Notes under the pieces: generated by a model
What the model was told of the DNA's origin: nothing
What the model saw: the letters and a program-made list of their open reading frames with translations, nothing else
The model's database searches: none
Shown here: piece by piece, positions 1 to 9,828 of the stretch
Position numbering within the stretch: the first letter of the stretch is position 1
Layout of the letters: each line of letters starts with the position of its first letter
Translations under genes and position numbers: made by a program
Origin: Planctomycetota bacterium
Lineage (GTDB): Bacteria > Planctomycetota > MHYJ01 > WSZJ01
Direction of reading: 5' to 3'
DNA length: 64,000 nt
NCBI GenBank assembly: GCA_038060895.1
Contig: JBBTCT010000016.1
Location: forward strand, 4,020-68,019

Positions 1-93
1 GGGGCAGCAATGCCCACTTGTTTGCTTTGCTGCCCCATCCCCATCCCAAGCCCCCCCTGGCCCCATCCCGCCCATTCCCCATCCCCTGCCGTT

Positions 94-1752
94 TTAAATC
101 CCGATCGCCGCCGCATTCCCTCTCCTCGGCGACACCCCCGCCGTCATCACCCCCGTCCCCGGCTCCCACGCAACTCCCGTCACCCGCCCGAAGTCCCACC
201 GCCCCGCCACCGTCGCCAGGTGCCCCCGCACGATCAGGTCTTCCAATGTTTTCTTTTCGAAGCGGCCTTCGAGCGTGGCCCCCGCGGGCGTCGCGCCGTG
301 CGGCGCGAACGACGACGGGAAAGCGATCGACGTCAGGAGCGGCGCTTCAGCCGCTTCCTGAAGCGACATCCCGCGCGACGCGATGTTGAGGAAAAACTGG
401 AGCGTCCACTGGTCCTGTCCGTCGCCGCCGGGGGTGCCGAAGGCGAGGCAGCGGCCGTCGGGGAGGCGGGCGAGGGACGGGGTGAGCGTGGTGCGCGGGC
501 GCTTTTTCGGCTGGAGCCGGTTCGGGTGCCCCTCGATGAAGTTGAACATCTGGAGCCTCGTCCCGGGCGCGAACCCCAGCCCCGGGATCTGCGGGTTCGA
601 GTCGAACCATCCTCCCGACGGCGTCGCGGCGACCATCAGGCCGTCCTTGTCCGCCGTGTCGAGGTGCGTCGTGTCCCCCGTGTGCGAGGTCAGCGGCTCG
701 TAGCCGCGATCCGCGGAGCCTGAAGTCCACGGAAGCGGCGGCGCACCCGTGCCGGGGCGCAGCACGCGCGACGCCGTGTCGCCGACGAGCTTCCGGCGCT
801 CCGCGGCGTACTCGCGCGAGAGCAGCCGCTCCAGCGGGATTTCGGAGAATTTCGGGTCGCCGTAAAAGGCCTCTCGATCCGCAAACGCCAGCTTCGCGCA
901 CTCGAGGTAGACGTGCGCCCACTCCGGCTCCGTCATCTTCGGAAGATCATCTCCTTCCAGCAGCCGCAGCATCTGCAGGAACACCGGTCCCTGCGTCCAC
1001 GCGCCGCACTTCGACACCAGGCATCCGCGCCAGTCGATCTCGACCGGTTTCTCCCACGCCCCGGCGTACTCCGCGAGGTCGGCCTCCGTCAGCAGCCCTT
1101 GCACAGGAAGGCCCGACCGGTCCGGATGCGCCCCTTTCAGGAACGCCGCCGTCGCCTTCCCCACGCGCCCTCCGTAAAACCCCTCGCGCCCCTTCGCCGC
1201 AATCGCCTCCAGCGTCCGCGCCAGGTCCGCCTGCTTCAGCACGGCCCCCGCTTCGCCGAACGTCGCCCCCGTCGCGGGCCAGTCCTTGAAGAGATACCGG
1301 TTGTCCTCGATGGCGCTTCGCAACCGCGAGTCCACGGGAAATCCGTCGGAGGCGAGCTCGATGGCCGGCTTGAGGATTTCGCGAAGCGGGAGCTTCCCGA
1401 ATTTCTCGACGAGGAGGATCCAGGCGTCGACGGTTGCGGGGACGGCGGCGGAAGCGACCCCGTCGCCGGGGATGCCGGAGGAAGGGAAGCGGTCCGGCGT
1501 TGCGGCGGCGGGGGCCCAGCCCTGGCCGCTGATGGCGTGGGTGGTGCCGTCGGCGGCGCGGACCAGGATGGGGCATTCGCCGCCGAGGCCGTTCAGGTGA
1601 GGCTCGAGCACGGCCAGAGCGAAGCCCGCAGCAGCGGCCGCGTCGGCGGCGTTCCCGCCGCGCCCGAACATCCGGATGCCGGCGGTGGCCGCCAGGTGGT
1701 GGCCGGCGGCGACGATGCCGCGGCTTGAAACGACCTCGGGGCGGTGGTTCAT
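94..1752 (-). CDS. Gamma-glutamyltransferase family protein (Ntn hydrolase)
   Basis: GGNAADAA, LAVLEPHLNGLGG, catalytic Thr in GDTTHL, KRPRTTLTP and FGTPGGD motifs. Confidence 0.93.
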   Translation of the reverse strand: MNHRPEVVSSRGIVAAGHHLAATAGIRMFGRGGNAADAAAAAGFALAVLEPHLNGLGGECPILVRAADGTTHAISGQGWAPAAATPDRFPSSGIPGDGVASAAVPATVDAWILLVEKFGKLPLREILKPAIELASDGFPVDSRLRSAIEDNRYLFKDWPATGATFGEAGAVLKQADLARTLEAIAAKGREGFYGGRVGKATAAFLKGAHPDRSGLPVQGLLTEADLAEYAGAWEKPVEIDWRGCLVSKCGAWTQGPVFLQMLRLLEGDDLPKMTEPEWAHVYLECAKLAFADREAFYGDPKFSEIPLERLLSREYAAERRKLVGDTASRVLRPGTGAPPLPWTSGSADRGYEPLTSHTGDTTHLDTADKDGLMVAATPSGGWFDSNPQIPGLGFAPGTRLQMFNFIEGHPNRLQPKKRPRTTLTPSLARLPDGRCLAFGTPGGDGQDQWTLQFFLNIASRGMSLQEAAEAPLLTSIAFPSSFAPHGATPAGATLEGRFEKKTLEDLIVRGHLATVAGRWDFGRVTGVAWEPGTGVMTAGVSPRRGNAAAIGI

Positions 1753-1800
1753 CGTCAGGAGTTTATCGCGAAGGTTCCTGCCCTGCTCGGTTCAGGAACC

Positions 1801-1838
1801 AAAGTGAAAGGGCCGCTCCCGGGTGGGAGCGGCCCTTC
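1801..1838 (-). terminator. Intrinsic terminator after porin gene
   Basis: 13-bp perfect stem AAGGGCCGCTCCC/GGGAGCGGCCCTT (1808-1837) followed on the minus strand by TCACTTT. Confidence 0.75.
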
Positions 1839-1874
1839 GGTTGGGTCTCGTTCAACGCGCATTCCCGGCCCGGC

Positions 1875-3200
1875 CTAGAAATCAATCTGCGCCCTGAACA
1901 CGAACACGCTCTCGTTGTCGATCACCTGACCGTCCGGCGTGAAGAAGCGGCGGGTGTCCTTGTGGTCGTACCGGTAGTACACGTACATCGCCGACACGCG
2001 GACGAACGAGTTCGGATAGTAGTTCAGGCCGATCGCGACTTCCTGCGCATTGCGGCTTCCGCCCCAGCCTGCTTCGTTCTCAAGCGCGTCCTCGAGGTTG
2101 ATGGCCGAGTACCGGCCGACGATCTGGACGTCGCCGAAGCCGCCGTCCTGGAAGAGCGCCTTCTTGATCTGAGGACGCTTGTTATTAAGCCGTGTGCCGC
2201 CGAGGAGCCAGAAACCGACCTCGCCCATGTAAGCGACCATGCGCATGGGATCGTGGCTTCCGTCGATGAACTGGTGCTTGGACTTGAAGTAGGACCACTC
2301 GCCCTTGACGGAGAACGGGCCCCAGATCCAGACGAGGTCCACGCCGAAACGGGTGCGTTCGTAGTCCGACTTGAAGGTGTTGGGGCCGAAGTGAAAGATG
2401 GTGCCCGAGGCCGGCGCCTGGAAGACGGTCGGTGCGCCGCTGTCGCGGCCGGCGACGCCGCGCGTGTAGCTGACCGCGAGGGTGAGGTTCTTGATTGCGT
2501 CGCTTTCAGCCTTGGCACCCGGCCGGATGGCGAGCCGGATGGAGAGTTCCTTGTCGCTGTTGTTTTCGGTCCCGGCGGAGGGGCCCGTGCCGTTGAACAG
2601 GCCGAGCCAGTACTGGAAGATGCCGCCCTCGATCGGGGAGCCGAAGACCATGGCGCCGAGATCGCGGCCGGGCACCGTCATGCCCAGGAGGGAATTCTCG
2701 GGCATGTCCGTCCAGCGAGGATCTTCGAGGAATTCCTGGGAGTAGGGCACCTTCATGAGGCCGACGCGGATCTTGAAGGCATCCCACTTGTTGAATTCGG
2801 CCCAGCCCAGGAAGAGGGTGGAGCCTCCGGAGTTGAAGATCGCGCGGACGAAACCTGAGAACGACTGCCAGAGACGCCCTTCCACGTCGATGGCCACCAT
2901 CTTGATTGTAAAACCATCGAAGCGGTTGTCGCTGTCGTTAAACGTGGCGTTGCTGGTGTAGTGAAAGATGCCGAAAGCGCCGATGTGGCCCATGAAGGAC
3001 TTGTCGTCAGTTCGGAATTGAAGGCCGTCGTCGAAGTAAGCCTGGACACCGGTGCCTGTGCCTCCGGCGGCGGGCGTCTTCTTGTCCTCGGTCTTGATTT
3101 CGAGGGCTTTGACACGGTCCTCCAGGCTGCCGGTTTGGGCGCTTGCAGTGCCGGCGAGGAGGAGGGCAAGAGCGGCAGCAACGAACGATTTCAAGATCAT
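1875..3200 (-). CDS. Phosphate-selective porin OprO/OprP family
   Basis: Signal peptide, short coiled coil (LEDRVKALE), G-x-x-K-V-P-Y-S-x-E and PGRDLG motifs, GLNYY strand, C-terminal RAQIDF. Confidence 0.85.
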   Translation of the reverse strand: MILKSFVAAALALLLAGTASAQTGSLEDRVKALEIKTEDKKTPAAGGTGTGVQAYFDDGLQFRTDDKSFMGHIGAFGIFHYTSNATFNDSDNRFDGFTIKMVAIDVEGRLWQSFSGFVRAIFNSGGSTLFLGWAEFNKWDAFKIRVGLMKVPYSQEFLEDPRWTDMPENSLLGMTVPGRDLGAMVFGSPIEGGIFQYWLGLFNGTGPSAGTENNSDKELSIRLAIRPGAKAESDAIKNLTLAVSYTRGVAGRDSGAPTVFQAPASGTIFHFGPNTFKSDYERTRFGVDLVWIWGPFSVKGEWSYFKSKHQFIDGSHDPMRMVAYMGEVGFWLLGGTRLNNKRPQIKKALFQDGGFGDVQIVGRYSAINLEDALENEAGWGGSRNAQEVAIGLNYYPNSFVRVSAMYVYYRYDHKDTRRFFTPDGQVIDNESVFVFRAQIDF

Positions 3201-3449
3201 GCGGCTTTCCCCTAAAAAGACGATTGATAAATCGTTAAACGACTATGTTATTTCCTTGAATACTTAGCGGAATACTAATAGAAATCAAACACTCGTCAAG
3301 AAACACGATGGTAAGCGCAATGTTTTCCGAAGTGCCCAGGTCGGGCGCACGATGAGCGGCGGTTCTTGTGCCGGGCCTGAATGCAACGCAACCGCCTGAA
3401 CCAGGCGGTCACTCGACGCCTTACGTTGCTTCCGGAGAACGAAAAGGCG

Positions 3450-4499
3450 CTACTTTGCGCTCTTAAACGTCAACTCCCGGGTCCAGGCCGTGTGCTCCTT
3501 GCCGTCTGCTTCCACGTAGCACTTGATGAACCAGTTCAGCTTCGCGCCGTCCTGCCTGGGCGCCAGGTCGATGTTCCTTCCATAGCTGAACGCCACCCGG
3601 TTTAGGTCAACGTGGTCGAAATAGTACTCCTTCTTCTCCGGCGTCACGTCCGCATAGCTGATGTCACTGTACACCCAGCCCCTTCCAGGGAAATAGGTGC
3701 GAACCCAGCAGTGGTAGCTTGGCTCCTTGATCTTCTCGTCAAACTTCCCCACGCCGTCCAGTTCGGCCTTGAGCGCCGTTCCCATCACGAACTGCGTCGG
3801 CAGATCCACCACCCGCGCCATCGCCTGGTACAGCGCATGGAAATCCGTGCAGTTTCCCGTCCGGGAGTCCATGCAGTAAGTCGCTGATCCGTGGCCGCTC
3901 GCCTTCAATTTCAGGGGATCCTTCTTCCAGTACTCCGCATTGTCGATGATGTAGTCGTAGAACTTGCGCGACCGGGCGGTCGGATCTTTGACGCCTTTCG
4001 CCAGCTCCTCGGCCTTCGCGCGGATCTTGTCCGTCGTCTCCCCGTTCGGAAATTCCGCCAGCCGCGCCGCCAGCACCGACTTCTCGTCCGCCGTCAGCTC
4101 CCGCGCCTTCTCCGGAGGCGGCGCACTCTCCCACCGCTCCACAGTGAACGTCACCGTTACTTCAAACGTCGCCGCCTTCGGGTCGGCGATTTCCACGTAC
4201 AGGAAGCGATTCCCTTCAACCTTCTCGTTCTCAATCCTGTAACCCTCCGGGGCCGTGACCTTGAGGTCCGAAATCTCCTGAAGCGCCTCTTCGATGGGAA
4301 GTTCAAACCAGGCGCGCACCTTCTTCGTCCCCGCGGGGATGTCCTTGACCACGAAAGCATCGCGCACCGTCGCCCTGAGCGAGGCGGACTCCGGGCGGGA
4401 TTCGTCGATGAGAGTGGGTGTTCCTTCTCCGGCAGGGGCCGCCAGCGCGAGGGCGAGAATCAGGCCGGCAGGAACGGCGGGCAGAGCGAATCGTTTCAT
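3450..4499 (-). CDS. Exported transglutaminase-like domain protein
   Basis: Signal peptide; GNCTDFH, YHCW and GWVYSD giving a Cys-His-Asp triad. Confidence 0.88.
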   Translation of the reverse strand: MKRFALPAVPAGLILALALAAPAGEGTPTLIDESRPESASLRATVRDAFVVKDIPAGTKKVRAWFELPIEEALQEISDLKVTAPEGYRIENEKVEGNRFLYVEIADPKAATFEVTVTFTVERWESAPPPEKARELTADEKSVLAARLAEFPNGETTDKIRAKAEELAKGVKDPTARSRKFYDYIIDNAEYWKKDPLKLKASGHGSATYCMDSRTGNCTDFHALYQAMARVVDLPTQFVMGTALKAELDGVGKFDEKIKEPSYHCWVRTYFPGRGWVYSDISYADVTPEKKEYYFDHVDLNRVAFSYGRNIDLAPRQDGAKLNWFIKCYVEADGKEHTAWTRELTFKSAK

Positions 4500-4609
4500 C
4501 GGGGAGTCTCCGTGTAGATGTCCTGCGCGTGGAAAACATAACAGACGAGCCCACCACGCTCCCCATCGGAAAACTCGAATTCAGAGGCCTCCCTGAATCG
4601 GATCGCCCT

Positions 4610-5062
4610 TCAGTTGACGTTCAGGATCACTTCCGGCGCCACGTTCACATCGAGCCAGTAGTTGGCGACCGAGCGAAGCGACCTCCCGAATTCGTCGAAG
4701 TCGATTTCCTTCCTCACGTAACCATTGGCGCCCGCTTCGTAGCTCGCGGCCACGTCCCGCTCTTCCACCGACGACGTCAGAACCACTGCGGGGATGTGCT
4801 TCGTCAGTGGGTCCTTTCGCAGGGCCCGCAAGACTTCGTGCCCGTGGCTTCGCGCCAGTTTCAGGTCCACCAGGACCAGCGCCGGCGTCAGTTTCCGGTC
4901 TCTCTCTTCCCACGCCCCTTTCGCGTGCACGAAGTCCATCGCCTCTTCGACGTCCTTCACCGCCACGCAGAGGTGGGGCACTCCTTCTTTTCGGAGCGCC
5001 CGCTGCACGAGGTCCTGATGGTCCGGATTGTCCTCAACGAGCAGGATGATCTTTCCGAGCAA
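4610..5062 (-). CDS. Single-domain response regulator (Rcp1-like)
   Basis: ILLVEDN, LVLVDLKL, VLTSS, GANGYVRK; TTG start at 5062 with a GGGGAG RBS. Confidence 0.9.
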   Translation of the reverse strand: MLGKIILLVEDNPDHQDLVQRALRKEGVPHLCVAVKDVEEAMDFVHAKGAWEERDRKLTPALVLVDLKLARSHGHEVLRALRKDPLTKHIPAVVLTSSVEERDVAASYEAGANGYVRKEIDFDEFGRSLRSVANYWLDVNVAPEVILNVN

Positions 5063-6734
5063 GTGGATTCTCCCCTGAGAGACTGAAAAATATCGTGGCG
5101 CCCTTCCCGGTCGCGCCCTCCGCGCGGATCCTGCCCCCGTGACGTTCCACGATCCTGCGCGCGGTGGCAAGTCCGATGCCGTGCCCCGGGAACCGCGGGT
5201 CGTCGTGGAGGCGGTGGAAGGGCCGGAACAGGCGGTCGCGGGCGGCCCCGGAATCGAAGCCGGCGCCGTTGTCGCGGACGAAGAACTCGCCGTCCCGGAT
5301 CGTGCCGAATTCGACGAGTGGAGCCGGCGTTGCGGAGGTGAATTTCCACGCGTTCTCGAGCAGGTTTCGCAGGAGAACGCGCAGCAGCGGAGCGTCGCCC
5401 TGCGCCGGGAGGCCCGGCTCGACGCGGCAGGTGACCTGCCGACCCGGGTTGGCCAGGGTGATCTGGTCGGCAACCTCCTGCGCCAACCCGCTCAAGTCCA
5501 CCTTTCCCGAATGCATTTCGGCCCGCGACAGGCGGGACAGCTCGAGCAGGCTTTCGAGAATCTCGCCCATCTGCTTTGCCGATGACCGGACGCGCCTCAG
5601 GTGCGCTTTCGCCGCTTCTCCCCCCTCCTCGAGGGCCGCCGCCGCGAATCCGTCGATGGTCTGAAGTGGGCCCCTCAGGTCGTGGGAGATGGAGTAGCAA
5701 AAGGCCTCGAGTTCCTCGTTTGCGGCGGACAGCTGGGCGGTGCGGTGTCGAACGCTGGACTCCAGCTGGCGATTCAGCCGCGCGAGCGAACGTTCCGCGC
5801 GTCGCCGGCGGCCGTCGAGCGTGGCGAGCCGGTTGGCCAGCAGCAAGGTGGCGATCGACATGGCCCCGATGACGGTCACCACCACCGCGGCGGATGAGAA
5901 CTGGGCGCCGTACCACCCTCGATGTTGCCCGAACAGGATCGCCAGGCCGCCGATCGTCGGGACGCCCAGGGCGCCCGGAATCATCCGCCGGGCCATGAAC
6001 CCTGCCGACCCGCGCGCGGCGACGACGCGCAGCGCGCCGCGCCGCGAGTTGAACAGAAGGGCGCCCGCCGAGAGGGAAAGGAAACCGGCTGCCGTATGCA
6101 CCGCCTGCTGCGTGGTGTGAAACGTGACCGGGCTGTCGGCGGGGACGTCGAACAGGTTCCCGATGAGGGAGAGAAGCGCGATCATGCCTGCCGGCAGCGC
6201 AAGGGAATCCGCCAGCCGGCTCGCGAGCCGGGAATCTCCTCCTGCGAGGGGAAGCGCGACACCCAGGAGCACAAAATTCAGGGCCGTGGTGGGCGCCATG
6301 CGTCCGGGGAGGTAGGGGAGCCCCGGACCGATGTCGCGTGCCAGGGCCTGATCGATCCCGAAGCTCGCTCCGAGCGCGAACTCGAGAAGCGTCAACAAAC
6401 CAAGTCCGGCCGCGGCGCTGCCCAGCACGATTGCGGCAAGCCGAAGCCGGGTCCAACCTGCGGCCAACATCACCAGGACAAGCCCCTCCGCCATCATCGC
6501 GGTCGCCGTGTTCACCTTCATCGTCGCCGCACCCGGCAGCACGCTTTTCAGCGCATCGACGCCCAGGATCCATCCCGCGAGACCCGTGCAGCCGATGATC
6601 GCCGCGAACACGCCGAGCGCCAGCGACCAGCGCCGGATCCGGTAGGCCGACTCCGCTTCCGCCACAACCCGTGCCATCCCACCCCCGTTGACGGCGACAT
6701 CCGAAAACACTCGCGCCCCCGTCGGAAGTGCCAA
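5034..6734 (-). CDS. Membrane sensor histidine kinase
   Basis: Several N-terminal TM helices, H-box SHDLRGPL, N-box NLLENAWKF, DNGAGF, GIGLA; the true start may be downstream (MARVVAE). Confidence 0.92.
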   Translation of the reverse strand: MALPTGARVFSDVAVNGGGMARVVAEAESAYRIRRWSLALGVFAAIIGCTGLAGWILGVDALKSVLPGAATMKVNTATAMMAEGLVLVMLAAGWTRLRLAAIVLGSAAAGLGLLTLLEFALGASFGIDQALARDIGPGLPYLPGRMAPTTALNFVLLGVALPLAGGDSRLASRLADSLALPAGMIALLSLIGNLFDVPADSPVTFHTTQQAVHTAAGFLSLSAGALLFNSRRGALRVVAARGSAGFMARRMIPGALGVPTIGGLAILFGQHRGWYGAQFSSAAVVVTVIGAMSIATLLLANRLATLDGRRRRAERSLARLNRQLESSVRHRTAQLSAANEELEAFCYSISHDLRGPLQTIDGFAAAALEEGGEAAKAHLRRVRSSAKQMGEILESLLELSRLSRAEMHSGKVDLSGLAQEVADQITLANPGRQVTCRVEPGLPAQGDAPLLRVLLRNLLENAWKFTSATPAPLVEFGTIRDGEFFVRDNGAGFDSGAARDRLFRPFHRLHDDPRFPGHGIGLATARRIVERHGGRIRAEGATGKGATIFFSLSGENPLARKDHPAR

Positions 6735-6867
6735 CGGAGGCGCGAAAGTGTAACTCAGGTATCATGGAGCGTACGACCCGCCAGCCCGGGGACTCAACGT
6801 GGGGCCGTCAAATCCTGGGCAGGCGGGTGTACTCACCCCCCCCTCGGGGAAGAAGGGGGGTTTTTAA

Positions 6868-8508
6868 TTACCTGGGTTCCGGCGCAGTGCCTTCCCAGTA
6901 AGCCTTGTAGCGGGGCCACGCGGTCACGGCGATCTTCCGGCCCAGCTTCAGGCCATCCTCGTTGTCCACGCGGATGTGATAGCCGCCCAGCATGCGCGAT
7001 TCCGCAGCCATCTCCGCCGTGGATGAGAAAGTCGGCAGGGCAAGGTCCATCTCGCGTGAAGTGGGAATATCCGTGGCCGGGACCCCTTCGTTGGCCTGCA
7101 TTTCGTAGGTCGTGCAGCTAGCCTCGGTCAATTCACCGGCCATGCGCTTGGCGACGAACTCGAAGCGATCGCTTCCACTGAACAACTCCAGGATCTTGGC
7201 GGAGCCACCGCTGACAGTCGCGTGGCCGGAGGGATAACCCGGGAACGGCGGGGTCACGAATGTGTCCGGCGAGTAGGGATGCCATTCCTCGGCCGGGATC
7301 GTCTTGAAGCCCTGGCACGGACCTGCGTATCCCTTCACTTTCTTGCCCTTGTAAAACCACCGCACGTACCAGTACGGGCGGGACGAATCGAAGAAGTACT
7401 TCTCCTCCCAGCAGACCACGAACGCATCGTGGGCGATGGCCGAGATGCTGAAGAACAGTTTCACGTCCTGGTCGAGATCGTAGTTATCGCGGCGGGAGAG
7501 GTCCTGCGCGAAGCGGAGCCAGTGACCCGACTGTCCCGTGGAGCGAGGGCCGTCGCGCATGAATTCAACGATGGACTTCTGGCGAAGTGAAAGCGTTGCG
7601 TTCGCCTCGATGCACTCGTCAACTTCCTTCTTCATCTGCTCGGAGTTCGCCTTGGGCGGCCCGGGCAGGCGGAACTGCTCGCAATTGTCGATGCCGACCA
7701 TTTTGACGTTTTTCCAGTGAGGCGTCAGGCCGGGCGGGGTGATGCGGGGGGCTTTCGGGTCCTTCGGGTCCGCGAACGAGATCTGCATCCAGTGATCCGG
7801 ATCCTGCTCCTGGCCGTAGGCGCGAGCGGGTTTGTAGCCGGAGGTGTCGGAGTAAGGCTTCCCGCTCGAACCCTTGTCGTCGCCGAGCTGGTTGGCGCCG
7901 TCGCGATGGCGGTACTCGATGAGGGCGGCGGCGACGGTGTTGCCGACGCCTTCGGGTTTGGAGCAGTCCATCGACTTGTTGGCGGGATCGACGCCGAACT
8001 TCTTGCTGACCGTCTCGTGGATCCAGGCGACGTCCTCGGGGTAGACGTCTTCCAGGCAGCGGGTCACGGCGTAGGCAATGGCTTTTTCCTTATTGGCCTT
8101 GGTGCGTTCGGCCTCGGGACGGCGGTTCTTCCCGCCGAGACGCGTGCCGACGGCTTTCGCGTCGTAGCAGGCCCAGGCGTCGAACATGCCGGTGCAGGAG
8201 ATCACCATTTCGCGCGCGATGATGGTGGGCTTGGCAGCAGTGCGATCGACGCGCCGGGCGGCGGTCTCGAGAATCATTTCAAGCCAGGCGTAAGCGGCCG
8301 ACGGATTGGCGTGCGGGACGGCGTGGATGGGCCACTTCGAAGTGTCGGCGCTCGTTTCCCATGAGTAGCCCGATTTGCCGCCGCCGGCTTTGTCTCCGTT
8401 TTCGTCCGGGCCGGTTTCCCCGTTGTCGGCGCAGCCGGCGCCGAAGGCAGAGCCCAGTGCGGCGAGGGTGATGCCACGCCAGAAGTGGCGCGAAGCGAAC
8501 TTTAGCAC
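6868..8508 (-). CDS. Vanadium-dependent haloperoxidase/PAP2 family lipoprotein
   Basis: K-x6-RP (KYFFDSSRP), PPFPGYPSGH, SRMLGGYH; lipobox-like FGAGC; GTG start at 8508 after AAGGAGG. Confidence 0.85.
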   Translation of the reverse strand: MLKFASRHFWRGITLAALGSAFGAGCADNGETGPDENGDKAGGGKSGYSWETSADTSKWPIHAVPHANPSAAYAWLEMILETAARRVDRTAAKPTIIAREMVISCTGMFDAWACYDAKAVGTRLGGKNRRPEAERTKANKEKAIAYAVTRCLEDVYPEDVAWIHETVSKKFGVDPANKSMDCSKPEGVGNTVAAALIEYRHRDGANQLGDDKGSSGKPYSDTSGYKPARAYGQEQDPDHWMQISFADPKDPKAPRITPPGLTPHWKNVKMVGIDNCEQFRLPGPPKANSEQMKKEVDECIEANATLSLRQKSIVEFMRDGPRSTGQSGHWLRFAQDLSRRDNYDLDQDVKLFFSISAIAHDAFVVCWEEKYFFDSSRPYWYVRWFYKGKKVKGYAGPCQGFKTIPAEEWHPYSPDTFVTPPFPGYPSGHATVSGGSAKILELFSGSDRFEFVAKRMAGELTEASCTTYEMQANEGVPATDIPTSREMDLALPTFSSTAEMAAESRMLGGYHIRVDNEDGLKLGRKIAVTAWPRYKAYWEGTAPEPR

Positions 8509-8761
8509 GGATCCTCCTTGGTAAAAGACTATGAATCTAGTTGGTATTCTCATGACTAGCAGGCGTGGAAACGTAGCAAGGGCGCGATCAGAATTCAAGG
8601 CAATGTTTGGAATAGGAGTATGTGATGTATTACATCGGCATATACCTTGCATTCCATCGCCGCTTGACCTGGCCTTGACTCCCGCCAACACCGCCCCCCA
8701 TCGCATTCGCTGGTGGTCACTCACTTCCTGTTCGAATTGTTCTCCCATCCGATATTTCCTG

Positions 8762-8789
8762 TTGACTTCCGTTCCGTCCGCACTATCCT
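8762..8789 (+). promoter_or_regulatory. Sigma70-like promoter for the riboswitch leader
   Basis: TTGACT-N16-TATCCT about 20 nt upstream of the aptamer-like sequence. Confidence 0.5.
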
Positions 8790-8807
8790 CTGCTCCCTGA
8801 CAACTCG

Positions 8808-8860
8808 GTCACGTGGGATTTGCGGCGTATTGCAGCCACGCTAAAAACTGCTAAAAAGCT
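8808..8860 (+). ncRNA. SAM-II (SAM_alpha-type) riboswitch aptamer
   Basis: P1 CGTGG/CCACG enclosing GATTTG...TATTGCAG, followed by an A-rich linker and GCTAAAAAG; matches the SAM-II H-type pseudoknot consensus as I recall it. Confidence 0.82.
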
Positions 8861-8877
8861 CCCCGGGCTATCCCGGG

Positions 8878-8917
8878 AAAAACCGCTTCGCCGCCCATTG
8901 CGAAGCGGTTTTTTTTT
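8878..8917 (+). terminator. Intrinsic terminator (riboswitch expression platform)
   Basis: AAAAACCGCTTCGC-loop-GCGAAGCGG followed by T9, between the aptamer and the ATG at 8964. Confidence 0.85.
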
Positions 8918-8963
8918 CGACCTGTCCCCGCCGCGGGGATGGCGACGGAGACGGGAGATACGG

Positions 8964-9485
8964 ATGACCACCGAAATTACGCTCGACCGCATTCGCCGGC
9001 GCTGGACAGCCTGGGTCGCCGCCGGCCGGAACCGCGACGGTTTCTCCCGCATCGTCGCCCGCGGCTTCGACGACGTCCTCGGCCTCTGCGGAGCCAAATG
9101 CTGGGAACGCGTCGACGCGAAACCCGGCGACGTCCTTTTCCTCGACCGCGACCTCACCGTCCAGTGGTACCGCGACTCCATCCCGAACTTCGAGAGCCTC
9201 GTCGAGTCGGTCGGCGCGCTCGGCGCTCTCTCTCCCGATGGGCCGCTTCAGACGTCCGATGGTGATGAAACATGGTCCTACACGCTCGCTCTCATCGCCG
9301 AAAAATCCCTCGCGTGGCTGGCGCAGGGACAGCCGGGCCGCGCCGAGCTGCTCGTCGCTCTCGCGCGCGTGAAATCGATCCTCCACAAGCACGATGAGGC
9401 CGCGGACCTCCACGCAGAGGCCCGCAAGGCGTGGGACAAGGGAACAAGGGGAAAGCGAAAGGGGCAGGGCCGCGTGGCGATGTGA
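8964..9485 (+). CDS. Hypothetical protein with C-terminal TPR-like helices
   Basis: ATG 8964 with GGGAG RBS, typical high-GC codon usage; no family recognised. Confidence 0.7.
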   Translation: MTTEITLDRIRRRWTAWVAAGRNRDGFSRIVARGFDDVLGLCGAKCWERVDAKPGDVLFLDRDLTVQWYRDSIPNFESLVESVGALGALSPDGPLQTSDGDETWSYTLALIAEKSLAWLAQGQPGRAELLVALARVKSILHKHDEAADLHAEARKAWDKGTRGKRKGQGRVAM

Positions 9486-9552
9486 CCGTCGGCCGCCGTG
9501 CCCGTCCTGTTTCGCTGCCGTTCCCTTTCACCAATTCCCAGGAGCCCACCCC

Positions 9553-9828
9553 ATGCCCGTCCTCGAAGTCACCAACGAAACCGTCTGCTCCGCGTGCGGC
9601 GCTTCCCGATGCGCCCACGACGCCGTCCTGTCCCGCCTGCTCGGTTGCGAGGAAGCGGGCCTCTGCTTCGGCTGCCTCGCGTTCAGTTTCGGCGTCGAGG
9701 AAGCGAGATTTGCGACCGGCGCAGTCGCTCACCTTCGCAAAAAGTCGTGCCTGTGGTTATCCTTCGACCGCGCCGCGGGGTGCGATTGCGCCCTGGATCG
9801 CGCGAGACGAAGGGAGGAGAGCGCTTGA
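9553..9828 (+). CDS. Small Cys-rich putative metal-binding protein
   Basis: CAGGAG RBS; CSAC-x4-CAH, CFGC, C and CDC motifs in 91 aa. Confidence 0.75.
   Translation: MPVLEVTNETVCSACGASRCAHDAVLSRLLGCEEAGLCFGCLAFSFGVEEARFATGAVAHLRKKSCLWLSFDRAAGCDCALDRARRREESA

Noticed and set aside
3205-3320. Pho box upstream of the OprO/P-like porin
   Set aside because: AT-rich, but no convincing 11-bp-spaced CTGTCAT-type direct repeats
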